Positions 14,938 to 29,754 of a DNA stretch of 64,000 nt are shown in pieces. How positions within the stretch are numbered: the first letter of the stretch is position 1; the number at the start of each line of letters is the position of its first letter. The notes under the pieces were generated by a model. It ran no database searches and had not been told where the DNA came from. It saw only the letters and a list, made by a program, of their open reading frames with translations. Position numbers and translations under genes: made by a program. Location of the stretch: assembly GCA_964016885.1 (NCBI GenBank), contig OZ024749.1, positions 25,234,001 to 25,298,000 of the forward strand. Direction: 5' to 3'. The stretch comes from Eledone cirrhosa (taxonomy: Eukaryota).

Positions 14938-15569
14938 TATACATATATACGTACGTTTCCATATGTTTGAATAAATGGGAAGAGAAATGTTAACGCTTGA
15001 AAATGAAGTTAACCACTTCAATTTTTGTATACAGGTCTTTCTTCTTCTGTTTAATGCATAACCCTCACTGATAGAGGCTGTTTATTCTGTGTTACTATAG
15101 TTCCTGAGATCGCATATGACTTGGAGCTCGTATCATGAGTTCAATTCAGGGTAGCGCGAAGTCTCATTTACCAAATCGTATTCCTGTACGTTTCCCCTAT
15201 CTTTTCAGCTAGAAATAGTCTGATGTACCTGTAAATGAATGAAACAGCCTTGGTAAATAATGTAATGTTTTGAATCTCTCCATTCACCTCTCTCTCTCTC
15301 TCTCTCTGAGAATCTCTCAGCGATTCAGGTTAATTTCCATTGTTTCAGCAACTTGAACATTTTTCGTTGGAATCATCGGAGATCAAACGCTCTCTCTCGG
15401 ATATATAGATCAACCATTCAATCAGAGATGATTTGAACCAATTAAAATTGATAAAAACAATCAAAGCTTCTCTTCATGTCAGATAACACCTATTTTTCCA
15501 AATCGTATAAGCCTTTTGCGTTTTCACGTAAACCCAGATGTTCATCAGGGTTGTATATCAGTGTCTAAA

Positions 15570-15855
15570 CGCTAATGTCCCTCTTGAGCCCGGAGTCTCA
15601 TAATGCCAGTGTTTATCTCGGTTTGCCTGCGGCATGCGACTGAGGGGAAAAAAATTCTACCCTGGATAGAAATTCTGTCCATTGCAAGGTTAAATTCCCA
15701 GCTGGTGCTGGTACTCATTTTTAGCTGAGTATACTGGATCAACGTGAGATGAATTACTATACTCAAGAACACAACACACAGCCTAGTCCAGGAATCGAAC
15801 TCACGACATTATGATCATAGATTTAACACCGTTACCACTATGCCACGCGCTTCAA
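15570..15855 (-). mobile_element. Old tRNA-derived SINE of a second family (CORE/Meta-like central domain)
   Basis: Minus strand: A-box-like tggcatagtgg, B-box GAGTTCGATTCC, then gtgttcttgag...; diverged homologue at 30900-31180. Confidence 0.65.
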
Positions 15856-16595
15856 CAGGATGGATTAACTAGTGTTAAGCAAATGATAGATGCTACCCTC
15901 TGCTTTTGGTTTCTAAAGGATTAAACAGTAGGAATGAGCCGAGTTCTGCTCGAAATTAAACCGTCATTTTCCGATCATGAGCCCCATCGAATAACCCACT
16001 AGACCACTGTACTTGAATTTTATTTCCAAAATATATGTAGAAAGATATCCCCTTCCACATCCAATTCAAAGTCAATTTTGGAGTAGTTTTGTCATTTTTG
16101 TCTTTATATTATGAGTCATCATTTATGTCACTTTCTCTCTCTCTCTCTTCTCTCCTCAGTTTGCCTTCGAGATAAAGGTAAAGTATAGTAATGGCGACAT
16201 GTCTCAAAATATTATATTCAGTTTTATTATATGTTTCGTCTTTTATACAAGACGATTAGATCAGTCCTAGTTTAGTGGCCAATGTTTTATCTACTTTGAT
16301 CTTGTCTAAGCACTTTATATCCAAGAATAATGTATATATTTTTCTACATCTACAAGAAATGAAGGCTCCACTTTTTTAATGTCGATAATTCTCAGTAGTT
16401 ATTTAATCTAAAACTGTTTCGAGGAGATACTTAAATAATGAGAGGCTTTTGATCATAAAATATTTATTTTGAATACAATACATTACATCAAATTATGACA
16501 TAACGTACCGGTTTTAACAACCAGAAAACACTCAGTAATGAGTTGATAGAATATTGATATTTGTCATTTGCAAATATAAATTACATACTTGAAGA

Positions 16596-16652
<57 letters not shown>

Positions 16653-16791
16653 CATATATATATTCATACATTCATCTATATATATTATATATATATATAT
16701 ATATATCCCCACTCTCAAGCGTGAAACTAATACTAATATCATTTGTACTGCCTCTTCGATTTTCTGTTTTTTGTTCTCTGTTTATTTGTTG

Positions 16792-16838
<47 letters not shown>

Positions 16839-17295
16839 TATGTGTGTGTATATATATATATGTACATACACACACACTCACATATATATATATATAGAGA
16901 GAGAGAGATATAGATATAGATATAAGATATAAGAACATATTTTAAATTGTTCTTCCTGGAAGGATTTGCGACAGGTAGTAATATCAATGGAAAAACCAAT
17001 GGAAACATTCAATCATTGGTTCGATTTCAAGCATTCCTCCCCACCAGTTAAGTAAATGAAATATGGGGTGTTGTTGATCAATAATATATATAAACCCTAT
17101 TGTACAGCCGACGACGTTATTCTTCACTCATTTACTATTATTACTCCAAGAACTGCTTACCTAGGAACTTTCTTAATCCGGCCAACAGTCTGAGGAAACT
17201 CCTTGTTGAGTCAAACAACGCCGAACGTCAAAGCTATCCTCGATACAGTTTACTCATATCCTCTACTTGGATTACCTTAGACGATATCTTGTTAT

Positions 17296-17335
<40 letters not shown>

Positions 17336-17339
17336 TATA

Positions 17340-17438
17340 GGAAAACGTTAGACCCCGGCGGCAGAGCTCAAGCTGTTTCGACGGCTATTTCTGGACTACA
17401 TTAGAATTTATGGTCTCCTTACCACACCTCCTTCGTTG
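17340..17438. mobile_element. Short member of the 6597-7703 family (inverted arm + end of tail)
   Basis: ggaaaacgttagaccccggcggcagagctcaagc matches 6597ff; ccttaccacacctccttcgtt matches 7684-7703. Confidence 0.8.
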
Positions 17439-17497
17439 TATATATATATATGTGTGTGTGTGTGTGTTTATATATATATATATATATAGTCCACCAT

Positions 17498-17535
<38 letters not shown>

Positions 17536-17537
<2 letters not shown>

Positions 17538-17733
17538 AACATGTTCAAGACCCCGACGGCAGAGCTCAAGCCGTTTCGGCGGCTATTTCTAGTCCAGAAA
17601 TAGCCGTCGAAACGGCTTGAGCGCTGCCGTCGAGGTCTTGAACCTTTTCCTATTACCCACTCTACCACCTAAAGTTTCGAGTACTATGGTGCGTTATGGT
17701 CCACCTGGTTCCTTACCACACTTCCTTCGTTAT
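17536..17733 (+). mobile_element. Short inverted-arm + tail member of the 6597-7703 family
   Basis: Arms 17536-17590 / 17596-17650; tail 17651-17731. Confidence 0.85.
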
Positions 17734-17754
17734 GTATATATATATATATATATA

Positions 17755-18143
17755 GAATGCAGAAGGTGAGTAATATTGTACAATAAAACTATGCATATAT
17801 CAGATAAGTAGTACTCAACAGTTGGTAGAACTGGAGTATATATTATAGAAGAAATTAAAAGATGGTTAAAGAAGTTCCATATATTTAATTATGCGCATTT
17901 CGAAATCAACATCATCCTGGGACAAAATATGGTAACATGATATGAGGCCTAAAAACACTTGTCAACAGAAAGTGCAAAACCTACATTTGTAGCTTTTGCA
18001 CTTTTTTGTTGACAAGTGTTTTTAGGCCTCATATCATGTTACCTTATTTTATCTGATGAGAACACAATTTTTGTCCCAGGATGATGTTTTCGAAATGCGC
18101 ATAATAAAATATATGGAACTTCTTTAACCATCTTTTAATTTCT

Positions 18144-18148
<5 letters not shown>
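17755..18148 (-). mobile_element. (TA)n-flanked palindromic element with tail and hammerhead
   Basis: Arms ~17846-17985 / ~17988-18148; tail 17755-17845. Confidence 0.85.
18046..18110 (+). ncRNA. Minimal type I hammerhead ribozyme
   Basis: attttat-CTGATGA-[gaaca..tgttttc]-GAAA-t gcgc a-TA-ataaaat; 7 bp stem I, palindromic stem III. Confidence 0.78.
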
Positions 18149-18187
<39 letters not shown>

Positions 18188-18350
18188 CTTTTGAATTTGT
18201 TTTGTAAGATTTCTTATCTGAAAATGTGTATTGAAACGGTTAATATATTTTGGGAGGGTCATGCTGCAAATAAAAAAAACACGAATCTCTAGGTTTTCAC
18301 TTCAATTTATTATAAATATCCGGCTAGTTGTTTGGATCGAAACTATCTCG

Positions 18351-18438
<88 letters not shown>

Positions 18439-18442
<4 letters not shown>

Positions 18443-18626
18443 GTTTCTACTTTTGGCACAATGCCTGCAATTACCCAGTGTATTACTGCTACTTTATTTT
18501 ATCGACCCCGTAAGGATAAAAGCAAAGTTAATCTCGGCGTTATTTGAACTCATAATGGAAAAGGCCGTAACTCTTTGCGTCAAAGCATGGCGTCCGACCC
18601 CCTACCGAAATTGCCAATCCACCGCC
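18439..18626 (-). mobile_element. tRNA-derived SINE
   Basis: Reverse complement of 3573-3765. Confidence 0.88.
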
Positions 18627-18919
18627 TTATATATATAATGTTTGTGGAAGAAAGGCGACAAATGTTGGTTTTCACTAATTAATTTATTAATTATTCGTAA
18701 TTCTAACCGATATTTCAATACATAGCCCAAACAAATGTAATAAAATATAGTCACTAATGCACTCTGAAATCGAGATTATGATATAATTAATTATTTTGTG
18801 CTGCTGGGGATTCTCACATCTGCACCTCTTCAGAGCACAATGCAAATGATACGTCACCCAATAGCTTTTAATTTACATACACCTCTACCCACCGATACAA
18901 ACCCTTCACTAATTCGCAC

Positions 18920-19142
18920 AAGACCAGCAATGCAATCCTGGGGGAGAAAAAAATCGATGACATCGATGCCAGTGCATTAGTGGTGCTTTATTTTATAGAA
19001 CCTTTAATGATAAAAAGCAAAGCTAATATCAGAGGGATTTGAAATCACAACGTAAAGGGTCGTAACTATATGCCAGGAATCTATAACTCTATACTGCTAA
19101 ACATATTGTGCGATGATCTAACGATACTGCCCATCAACCAAC
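18920..19142 (-). mobile_element. Degenerate tRNA-derived SINE
   Basis: ccagcaat...tttattttatagaacc...gggatttgaaatcacaacgtaaagggtcgtaactat homologous to the family. Confidence 0.65.
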
Positions 19143-19343
19143 CTTAATACAAACAACAATATTAATATTTTCACTGTTGTTTTTGATGTGATTGGTAACC
19201 CTGTTATACCTAGCATCCCAGCACACACCATAATTACGTTCCGTTTATTAACCTCTTCATCAGGGAAGACTAAATTAATTGCCATAATTATACGCTCTAT
19301 GAGATATAATACTTTTGTTCCAATTTCAATAATTAACTAAACT

Positions 19344-19419
<76 letters not shown>

Positions 19420-19615
19420 CTGAACAAAAAGGAAAAAACGAAAATAGACATATATATATATATATGTGTTCAAATCGTAATGGATTTTATATATATATAT
19501 ATATATAATTTTCATAGTTTTTATCAGCTTTTCAAATAAACATTTATTAATAATGGTTCAGTACGTAAGTATCAACCAAAACATATGAATATATACATAT
19601 TATGTTAATAATAAT

Positions 19616-19804
19616 AATTGTTTCTACTTTTAGCACAAGGCCAGCAATTACCCAGTGTATTACTGGTACTTTATTTTATCGACCCCATAAGGACGAAAGG
19701 CAAAGTTAACCTCAGCGGGATTTGAACTCATATCATAAAGAGGCGTAACTCTATGCTACAAAGCATGGCGTCCGACCCTCTACTAATACTGCCAATCCAC
19801 CGCC
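19616..19804 (-). mobile_element. tRNA-derived SINE with (ATT)n tail
   Basis: Reverse complement of 3573-3765. Confidence 0.88.
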
Positions 19805-19822
19805 CTGATAATAATAATAATG

Positions 19823-19935
19823 ATTTGTAGTATAAGGACAAGGCCAGTAATTTGGGGAGAGGTGAAAGTCGATTAAATCGACACCATTACGTTACTGGTA
19901 TTTTATTTTATCAACCCCGTAACGATGAAAAGCAT
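19823..19935 (-). mobile_element. 3' half of SINE (variant as at 133-293)
   Basis: acaaggccagtaatttggggagaggtgaaagtcgattaaatcgac...ttttatcaaccccg. Confidence 0.75.
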
Positions 19936-20189
19936 AAAAGATGGCACAGGAAGGTAGAGAACAGGACAGCCTGGTATTTGACGGTATATGGCAGTACAGG
20001 CCGATACGGCACGGTATAGGACGTCACATAACTATCCAGGACCATAATTTGTGTTGTTGTTTTTTTTTGGTATAACAGTGACTAAGGGAATGAACATTTA
20101 AAAAAATCAAACGCAACAAGTCTCCCCAAAGCGAGTAGACTCCGAGGGTGAGTCGTGTAGAAATCCCTTGTTTGTAAATGTTGAGTAGT

Positions 20190-20760
20190 CAGTGATCAAG
20201 CTCATGGCTGTTATCTTGCACGGGGTCTACCCCAGAGTCTCTTGCCGCTTGGTTTTGCCAGTAAAATCTGTTCAACGATTCTTTGCCGAGATATTCTAAC
20301 CACATGCCCATAGTATCGCAGCTGTAATCTCTCAATTTGCAGAAGTAGCAGCTTTATCTGGAGTGACAATCTGATCTCAGGATTATGCATTTTATCGAGT
20401 AACGTTACTCCAAAGTGTATGTACCATGATCAAAATGTCAGGGAGAATTAGCATAATACTGTGTCAGTCGAGGCTGTTCTTTCGAATTCCAGACGCGGTC
20501 CATCCAGCAGGCTTCCAAACAGTTTCCCTCTACCAACTAATGTCATTCATAAGGCAATGGTTCAACAAGAAACTATGGTAAATTACATTTGTTCTGTCAG
20601 GGAGAATTAGCATAATACTGTGTCAGTCGAGGCTGTTCTTTCGAATTCCAGACGCGGTCCATCCAGCAGGCTTCCAAACAGTTTCCCTCTACCAACTAAT
20701 GTCATTCATAAGGCAACGGTTCAACAAGAAACTATGGTAAATTACATTTGTTCTAGATGT
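20190..20760 (-). pseudogene. RTE-clade LINE 3' remnant with 159 bp tandem duplication (20436-20594 / 20595-20754)
   Basis: Minus translation LLQIERLQLRYYGHVVRISRQRIVEQILLAKPSGKRLWGRPR resembles the RTE 'LRWxGHVxR...GKRxxGRP' motif. Confidence 0.7.
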
Positions 20761-21254
20761 CATGCCTCAGTATCGTACCAAGACCTAATGATTCCGAATC
20801 GAAGTTCTTAACGAATCGACAACACACACACACACACACACACACAGACACAGACATACACTCACACACAAATTCACACACATACACACTCATGCTCAGA
20901 ATTACAAGCATACACACATGTTAACTTACACAACCACACATTTACACATGAGTGCGTCGGTAGAACATACATGAATACCGATATTTAGAAACACACAAAC
21001 CATTCACATACACGTACACATGCACATACACAAACACAAAACTTTCACACACACACAGACAAAAACATTTCACTAACACACACATATACATACACAAACA
21101 TGTACACATACGCACACACGTACACAGATGTACATACACACACACTCGTAGACATAAACACATACATACACACACGTACAAATACACACATAAACGTTTT
21201 TTTTCCTGCGGATATATTCAGAATATTCATATTTTTATTGAAGATGGAAATGAC

Positions 21255-21850
21255 GAGGTTGATGATGTTGATGTTAATGATGATGATGATGCTGACGATG
21301 ATGATGATGATGATGATGATGATGTTAATGATGAAGATGATGATGCTGATGCTGACGGTGATGATGATGATGATGTTAATGATGATGACGATGATGTTAA
21401 TGATGATGATGATGTTAATGATGATGATGATGTTAACGATGATGACGATGATGATGATGATGATGATGTTAACGATGATGACGATGATGATTATGTTAAT
21501 AATGATGATGGTAATGATGATGATGATGATGTTAACGATGATGATGATGATGATGATGATGTTAATAACGATGATGATAATGATGATGATGATGATGTTA
21601 ATAATGATGATGACGAAGACGATGTCGATGATTATGACGCTGATGATGATGATGAGACGATGATTATGTTAATGATGATGGTGATGATGATGTTAACGAT
21701 GATGACGATGATGATGATGATGGTGACGATGATGATGACGATGAGATGATGAGGATGTTATTGATGATGACGAAGATGACGACGATGAGGGTGATGATGA
21801 TGAATACGATGATGATGGTGATGGTGATGATGACGATGACGATGTTGAAT
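21255..21850. repeat. (ATG)n microsatellite
   Basis: Directly visible. Confidence 0.95.
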
Positions 21851-21911
21851 GTTTTGTTTAATGAAGTTTGTTGGAACACCGGTGGCTAGATATGCTTGGT
21901 CGAGTTGCATA

Positions 21912-22225
<314 letters not shown>

Positions 22226-22420
22226 ATGGTACTAACACTATTTCCAGTGTTGTTGATGAGATGGGTAACCGTGATTTTACCGACCACCCTACTACCTACC
22301 ATACACAATAACAATATTCTGATTATTAACATCTTCATCAGGGAAGCTAAAATTAATTGCTATAATTATCCGCTCTATGAGATATAATATATTTGTTCTA
22401 ATTTCAATAATTAACTAAAG

Positions 22421-22494
<74 letters not shown>

Positions 22495-22667
22495 ATTTGA
22501 TTATATATATATATAAATATATATATATATATTTATTAAAATAACAGATTAAAGTTTAAGCAAAGAATCGCTGCTTTCACCCTTAACGGGATCTTCTGAA
22601 ACTAACAAAGTCAATCAAATTTATTATTATTACTATATATATATATATATATCTGTGTGTGTATTTG

Positions 22668-22726
<59 letters not shown>

Positions 22727-22934
22727 GCGTGTGTATTTGATTATAAATATATATATATATATATATATTGTTATGTGGGCTTGGGCATGCTTGTGCATAT
22801 GTATATAGACGTGATCTTGTTCAAGTTATTCCATATTGCCTCTGTAGAATACACATAAACACATAAACACAAACACCCATTCACACGCATATATATATAT
22901 ATATATAGTTATGTATATATTGTCATATATATAT

Positions 22935-23034
<100 letters not shown>

Positions 23035-23382
23035 ATAAATATATATATATCCTTGTTTTCAGTTAAACCAATTTTTCTCTTCTAAAATTTTCCGGGTGTT
23101 TTGTTGTTTTGACTTTTGTTTTTCGTTGTGTTTTGTTTTGTCATTTTCCTAGTTTTTGTTTTTCCTTCAACATTTCAAATAATCATATAATATTAACGGT
23201 TCATCTATCGAACATATTTTTGGCAACTTTCTCTAAATTATAAATTGATGTCCCCCTGACTACCACAAATATCGATTGGTGTCCTTCTGCCTATTCATAC
23301 CCGAGTTTAAATAGATTAAATATGCAACAGTGTAAAGCTATATATGTGAGTAACATACCATAAACTAACATATTGTATTTCC

Positions 23383-23750
23383 GCATGTTGACTAACGATG
23401 GAGTGGGGTCCTTCGTCTGTGTCGACGACTGACTTTTGTAGATGAATCCAACGAGACACCCATCTTATGAAATAGCGTGTATACGTCTTCACTCTCACAC
23501 CTCCTCTATGGAATTTCTCTTCATGTTTCCTGCTTTCGTGATCCCTAATTATAATTTGCAAAAATAATATTTCAGCATGTTGACTAACGATGGAGTAGGG
23601 CACTTCGTCGGTGTCGACTATTAACTTTCGTAAGTTAGTCGAACGAGACACCCATCTTATGAAATAGCATGTATACTTCTTCACTCTCACACCTCGTCTA
23701 TGGAATTTCTCTTCAAGGTTCTTGCTTTCGTGATCCTTAATTATAATTTT
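23383..23750. repeat. 192 bp diverged tandem duplication
   Basis: gcatgttgactaacgatggagt at 23383 and 23575. Confidence 0.9.
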
Positions 23751-23841
23751 CGAAAACATTCAAAAGCAGCATATATCGCCATCTTTCTCCTTCATTTATG
23801 TTCTCTCTGTTTTGTCTTCTTCCTTTCTCAGTGCCCTTAAT

Positions 23842-24540
23842 CAGATTTTGAGTTAATGTGTCTCTACACGGTGGGTCTAATTTCGAGAAGGAACTGTCAA
23901 AATTCACTTACATCCCACTCTACTTTGTTATATAAGGAAGAACCATTTTACGGACAGAAACGATTAGAAAGGTCATCATTTTCTACTCATTTCGTCAGAT
24001 CTTGAGTTAATGCATCACTGCATTGGTGGCTCTACTTGCTAGGAAGAACTATCGAATGTCTCTTACATCCCACTTTTCTTTGAGGTAAAACGAAGAACCT
24101 TGTTACGCGCAACGATCAGAAAAGCCTCCATTCTCAACACCCTTCACCAGATCTTGAGTTAAGGTGTCACTGCATAGTATATCTACTTGCTGGATATAGC
24201 TGCCATCCCATTCTATATTCTTATAAAAAGATCTACCTTGTTACGGTCGCAATCTTCATCACCCTTCACCAGATCTTGAGTTAATGTGTCACTACATAGT
24301 ATATCTACTTGCTGGATATAGCTGCCATCCCATTCTATATTCTTATAAAAAGATCTACCTTGTTACGGTCGCAATCTGCATCACCCTTCACCAGATCTTG
24401 AGTTAATGTGTCACTGCATAGTATATCTACTTGCTGGATATAGCTGCCATCCCATTCTATATTCTTATAAAAATATCTACCTTGTTACGGTCGCAATCTT
24501 CATCACCCTCCACCAGATCTTAAGTTAATATTTCTCTGCA
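23842..24540. repeat. Minisatellite: two ~153 bp units then three 122 bp units
   Basis: cagatcttgagttaa-like anchor at 23842, 23996, 24148, 24270, 24392, 24514. Confidence 0.92.
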
Positions 24541-24699
24541 AGAGACATCTTCTTTCACAATTACAACATGATGTATTAGGTTATGAAGTTGACATTATGT
24601 AACACTTGACTCATAACTACGGCTGACAAGATAAGATACTGACTTGGGACGTGAACAATAAAGACAGCGATATCACTTAAAAGAAATATTTCATAAATT

Positions 24700-24736
24700 A
24701 TGGTGATGATGAAAATGATTAGGGTGATAATGATTA

Positions 24737-24767
<31 letters not shown>

Positions 24768-25396
24768 GATGATGGTGACAATGATTATGATGATGATAAT
24801 GATGATTATGATGATGATGATAATTATGATGATGATAGTGATGATCTTGATAGTGTTGGTGGTGGTGGTGGTGGTGGTGGTGGTGGTGGTGGTGCTGTTG
24901 GTGATGGTCGTGATGATGATGATGATGATGATGATAATTATGATGATGATAGTGATGATCTTGATAGTGGTGGTGGTGGTGGTGGTGGTGGTGGTGATGG
25001 TGGAGGTGGTGGTGGTGCTGTTGGTGATGGTCGTGATGATGATGATGATAATTATGATGATGATAGTGATGATCTTGATAGTGTTGGTGGTGGTGGTGGT
25101 GGTGGTGGTTGTGGCGGCGGTGGTGGTGGTGGTGGTGGTGGTGCTGTTGGTGATGGTCGTGATGATGATGATGATGATGATGATGATAATTATGATGATG
25201 ATAGTGATGATCTTGATAGTGTTGGTGGTGGTGGTGGTGGTGGTGATGGTGGAGGTGGTGGTGGTACTGTTGGTGATGGTCGTGATGATGATGATGATGA
25301 TGATAATTATGATGATGATAGTGATGATCTTGATAGTGTTGGTGGTGGTGGTGGTGGTGGTGGAGGTGGTGGAGGTGGTGGTGGTGGTGATGGTCG

Positions 25397-25430
<34 letters not shown>

Positions 25431-25560
25431 AATTATGATGATGATAGTGATGATCTCGATAGTGCTGTTGGTGGGGGTGGGGGTGGTGGTGGTGGTGGTG
25501 GTGGTGATGTTGGTGATGGTCGTGATGATGATGATGATGATGATGATAAAGCTGGTGGCG
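24700..25560. repeat. (ATG)/(GTG) compound repeat with ~115-140 bp higher-order unit
   Basis: gataattatgatgatgatagtgatgatct recurs six times. Confidence 0.93.
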
Positions 25561-25726
25561 GTGATGAAGTTGATGATGTTGTTGGTTGTGGTAGTGGAGG
25601 TGACGATGATGACGAGGATAGTAATAGAGGTGGTGGGGGTGCAATATGGCGGAATATGGTGGCGGTAGTGATAATGGTGATGGAGGCATTGATAATGAAT
25701 CTACTGATGGTGACGTTAATAATGAT

Positions 25727-25966
25727 GGTTTCTACATTTGGCACAAGGCCAGCATTACCCTCAGTGTATTACTGGTACTTTATTTTATCGACCCCGTAAG
25801 GATGAAAGGCAAAATTAACCTCGTCGGGATTTGAACTCAGAATATAATTGTCATGGCTCTACTGATACTATCATTCCATCCACCTAAACTCAGACCGTAA
25901 AGAGCCGTAACTCCATGCTTCAAAGTATGGTGTCCGACCTACTACCGATGCTGTCAATCCACCGTC
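25727..25966 (-). mobile_element. tRNA-derived SINE with ~50 bp internal insertion
   Basis: Family sequence interrupted at ~25842-25886; aactcaga on both sides. Confidence 0.82.
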
Positions 25967-25997
25967 CTTGACCTTATTAATGATGACCTTATTAAAT

Positions 25998-26187
25998 AAT
26001 TGCTTCTACTTTTGACACAAGGCCAGCAATTACCCCAGTGTATTACTGGTTCTTTATTTTATAGACCCCGTGAGGATGAAAGGCAAAGTTAACCTCGGCG
26101 GGATTTGATCTCAGACCTCAAAGGGCCGTAACTCTATGCTGCAAAGCATGGCGTCCGACCCTCTACCGATACTGCCAATCCACCGCC
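25998..26187 (-). mobile_element. tRNA-derived SINE
   Basis: Reverse complement of 3573-3765. Confidence 0.88.
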
Positions 26188-26487
26188 AATACAAATAACG
26201 GTGATGAACGTGAGGATTATGATGATCATGATGATGATGATGATCATGATGATGATGAGGAGGAGGAGTGGAGGAGGAGGAGGGGAAGGGGAAGAAGGGG
26301 AAGAAAGGAGAATAAGGAGCAGGAGGAGGAGGATAATAATAACTGAAATGGAAAAGGAAGATGGTAGGGTTGGAGAGGAGTTTTATGTATTTGTTGGGAG
26401 AGAGAGGGTTGTATATTGTCAATGGCATCCATTAGAGATCTTGTAGCATGTGGTGGGAGGGGAGAAGAAATAGCTGGAATAGCGGCG

Positions 26488-27430
<943 letters not shown>

Positions 27431-27709
27431 ATTTGGAGAGGGAGGACAAAAATGCCAATGAATTTAACATAAGCAGCAGCATCAACAACTTCATTGTTGT
27501 TATCATCATCAGCAACAAGAATAACAGCAATAACAACAACAACAATAACAACAACTACAATAATAATAACAACAACACCAATAACAAATCAGCAACATCA
27601 TCAACAACAACAACAACAACAATAACAATAACAACAACAACAACAATACCAGTAACATCAATGACATGATCAAAACCAACATCAAAAACTACACTAAAAA
27701 ACAAGATCG

Positions 27710-28652
27710 ATAACATTATCAACACCAATATCCACTAGAACAACAACAACAACAACAACACCAACTGTAGATCCACCATGTATAACATCTACAATAACAT
27801 TATCAACACCAATATCCACTAGAACAACATCAACAACAAAAAACATAACTACAATATCAACAACAACAACAACAACAAAACACATAACTACAATATCAAC
27901 AACAACAACAACACTTACTGTAGCTCCACCATGTATAACATCTACAATACCATTATCAACACCAATATCCACTAGAACAACATCAACAACAAAAAACATA
28001 ACTACAATACAACAACAACAACAACAACACCAACTGTAGATCCACCATGTATAACATCTACAATACCATTATCAACACCAATATCCACTAGAACAACATC
28101 AACAACAAAACACATAACTACAATATCAACAACAAAACACAAAACTACAATATCAACAACAACAACAACAACAACAACACCAACTGTAGATCCACCATGT
28201 ATAACATCTACAATACCATTATCAACACCAATATCCACTAGAACAACATCAACAACAAAACACACAACTACAATATCAACAACAAAACACATAACTACAA
28301 TATCAACAACAACAACAACAACAACAACACCAACTGTAGATCCACCATGTATAACATCTACAATACCATTATCAACACCAATATCCACTAGAACAACATC
28401 AACAACAAAACACATAACTACAATATCAACAACAACAACAACAACAACAACACCAACTGTAGCTCCACCATGTATAACATCTACAATACCATTATCAACA
28501 CCAATATCCACTAGAACAACATCAACAACAAAAAACATAACTACAATAACAACAACAACAACAACAACAACAAAACACATAACTACAATATCAACAACAA
28601 CAACAACACCTACTGTAGCTCCACCATGTATAACATCTACAATAACATTATC
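27710..28652. repeat. (ACA)-based minisatellite, ~120-140 bp unit
   Basis: ctgtag(a/c)tccaccatgtataacatctacaata recurs seven times. Confidence 0.93.
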
Positions 28653-28656
28653 AGCA

Positions 28657-28836
28657 TTGGCAGTATCGGTAGAGGGTCTGATGCCATGCTTTGCAGCAAA
28701 GAGTTACCGACCTTTATGATCTGAGTTCAAATCCCGCAGAGGTTACCTTTTCCTTTCATCCTTATGGGTCGATAAAATAAAGTACCAGTTATACACTGGG
28801 TATTTGCTGGCCTTGTGCCAACATTAGAAACAATTA
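28657..28836 (+). mobile_element. tRNA-derived SINE
   Basis: ttggcagtatcggtagaggg...GAGTTCAAATCC...ggccttgtgccaacattagaaac. Confidence 0.87.
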
Positions 28837-28934
28837 TCAGCAACATCACCTTACACAAAGAAAGCCAATACCACCAAGAACATCACCGCCAACAGCCTCA
28901 GCTCTACCACCACGATCGAGACACATGAAAAGCT

Positions 28935-29294
28935 TCTACAACTACTATTATTATTGCTACTACTACTACTACTGCTACTGCTGCTACTACTACTACTACT
29001 ACTGCTGCTGCTGCTACTGCTACTACTACTACTGTTACTGCTACTACTACTACTGTTACTGCTTCTACTACTACTACTAGTACAGCTACTCGTACTACTA
29101 TTAATAATAATACTGACACAACTGTTGCTGTTACGGTTGCTGCTACTGCTGCTGCTACTGCTGTTACTGCTATTGCTGCAACTACTCCTCCTCCTACTAC
29201 CACTACTACTAATGTACTGCTAATACTACTACAACTACTACTACGGGTGCTGCTACTGATCTAGCTGCTGCTACTACAACTACTACTACTACTG

Positions 29295-29358
<64 letters not shown>

Positions 29359-29360
29359 AT
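28935..29360. repeat. (ACT)/(GCT) trinucleotide field
   Basis: Directly visible. Confidence 0.93.
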
Positions 29361-29700
29361 CGACTAATCATGTCACAATAACAACAACAACATCAACTAT
29401 AACAAAACATGTCGATGATAACAGGAAAATTAAGTCAAATACAAAATAAAGAACATAAATCCTGCAGTGTGTAGGTGGGGGGAGTCTATGGTGGTTGTGG
29501 GGCAGAAGGATGATTTCTTCGGACTGTTACAGAATTGTGACAGTTTGAACTTAATTTGATTAATGGATCACGGGTATTTTACAAAAGCTAATGGATCGAA
29601 GAGAAAATGAGAATGCTTTTTAAGTTGCATTTTTAAAAATGTTCCTTTCCAGCAAGAATCATAGCCTGTGTCAAAATATCAATAATAACAATAATAATAA

Positions 29701-29754
<54 letters not shown>

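Noticed and set aside
23842-24540. CRISPR-like regular repeats
   Set aside because: Intervening sequences are homologous to each other, not unique spacers; eukaryotic context with no cas genes.
24691-25689. 332-aa His-rich ORF resembling a histidine-rich structural protein
   Set aside because: Both strands are open because of (ATG)/(GTG) composition; embedded among SINEs and satellites; no signal peptide or unique coding flank.
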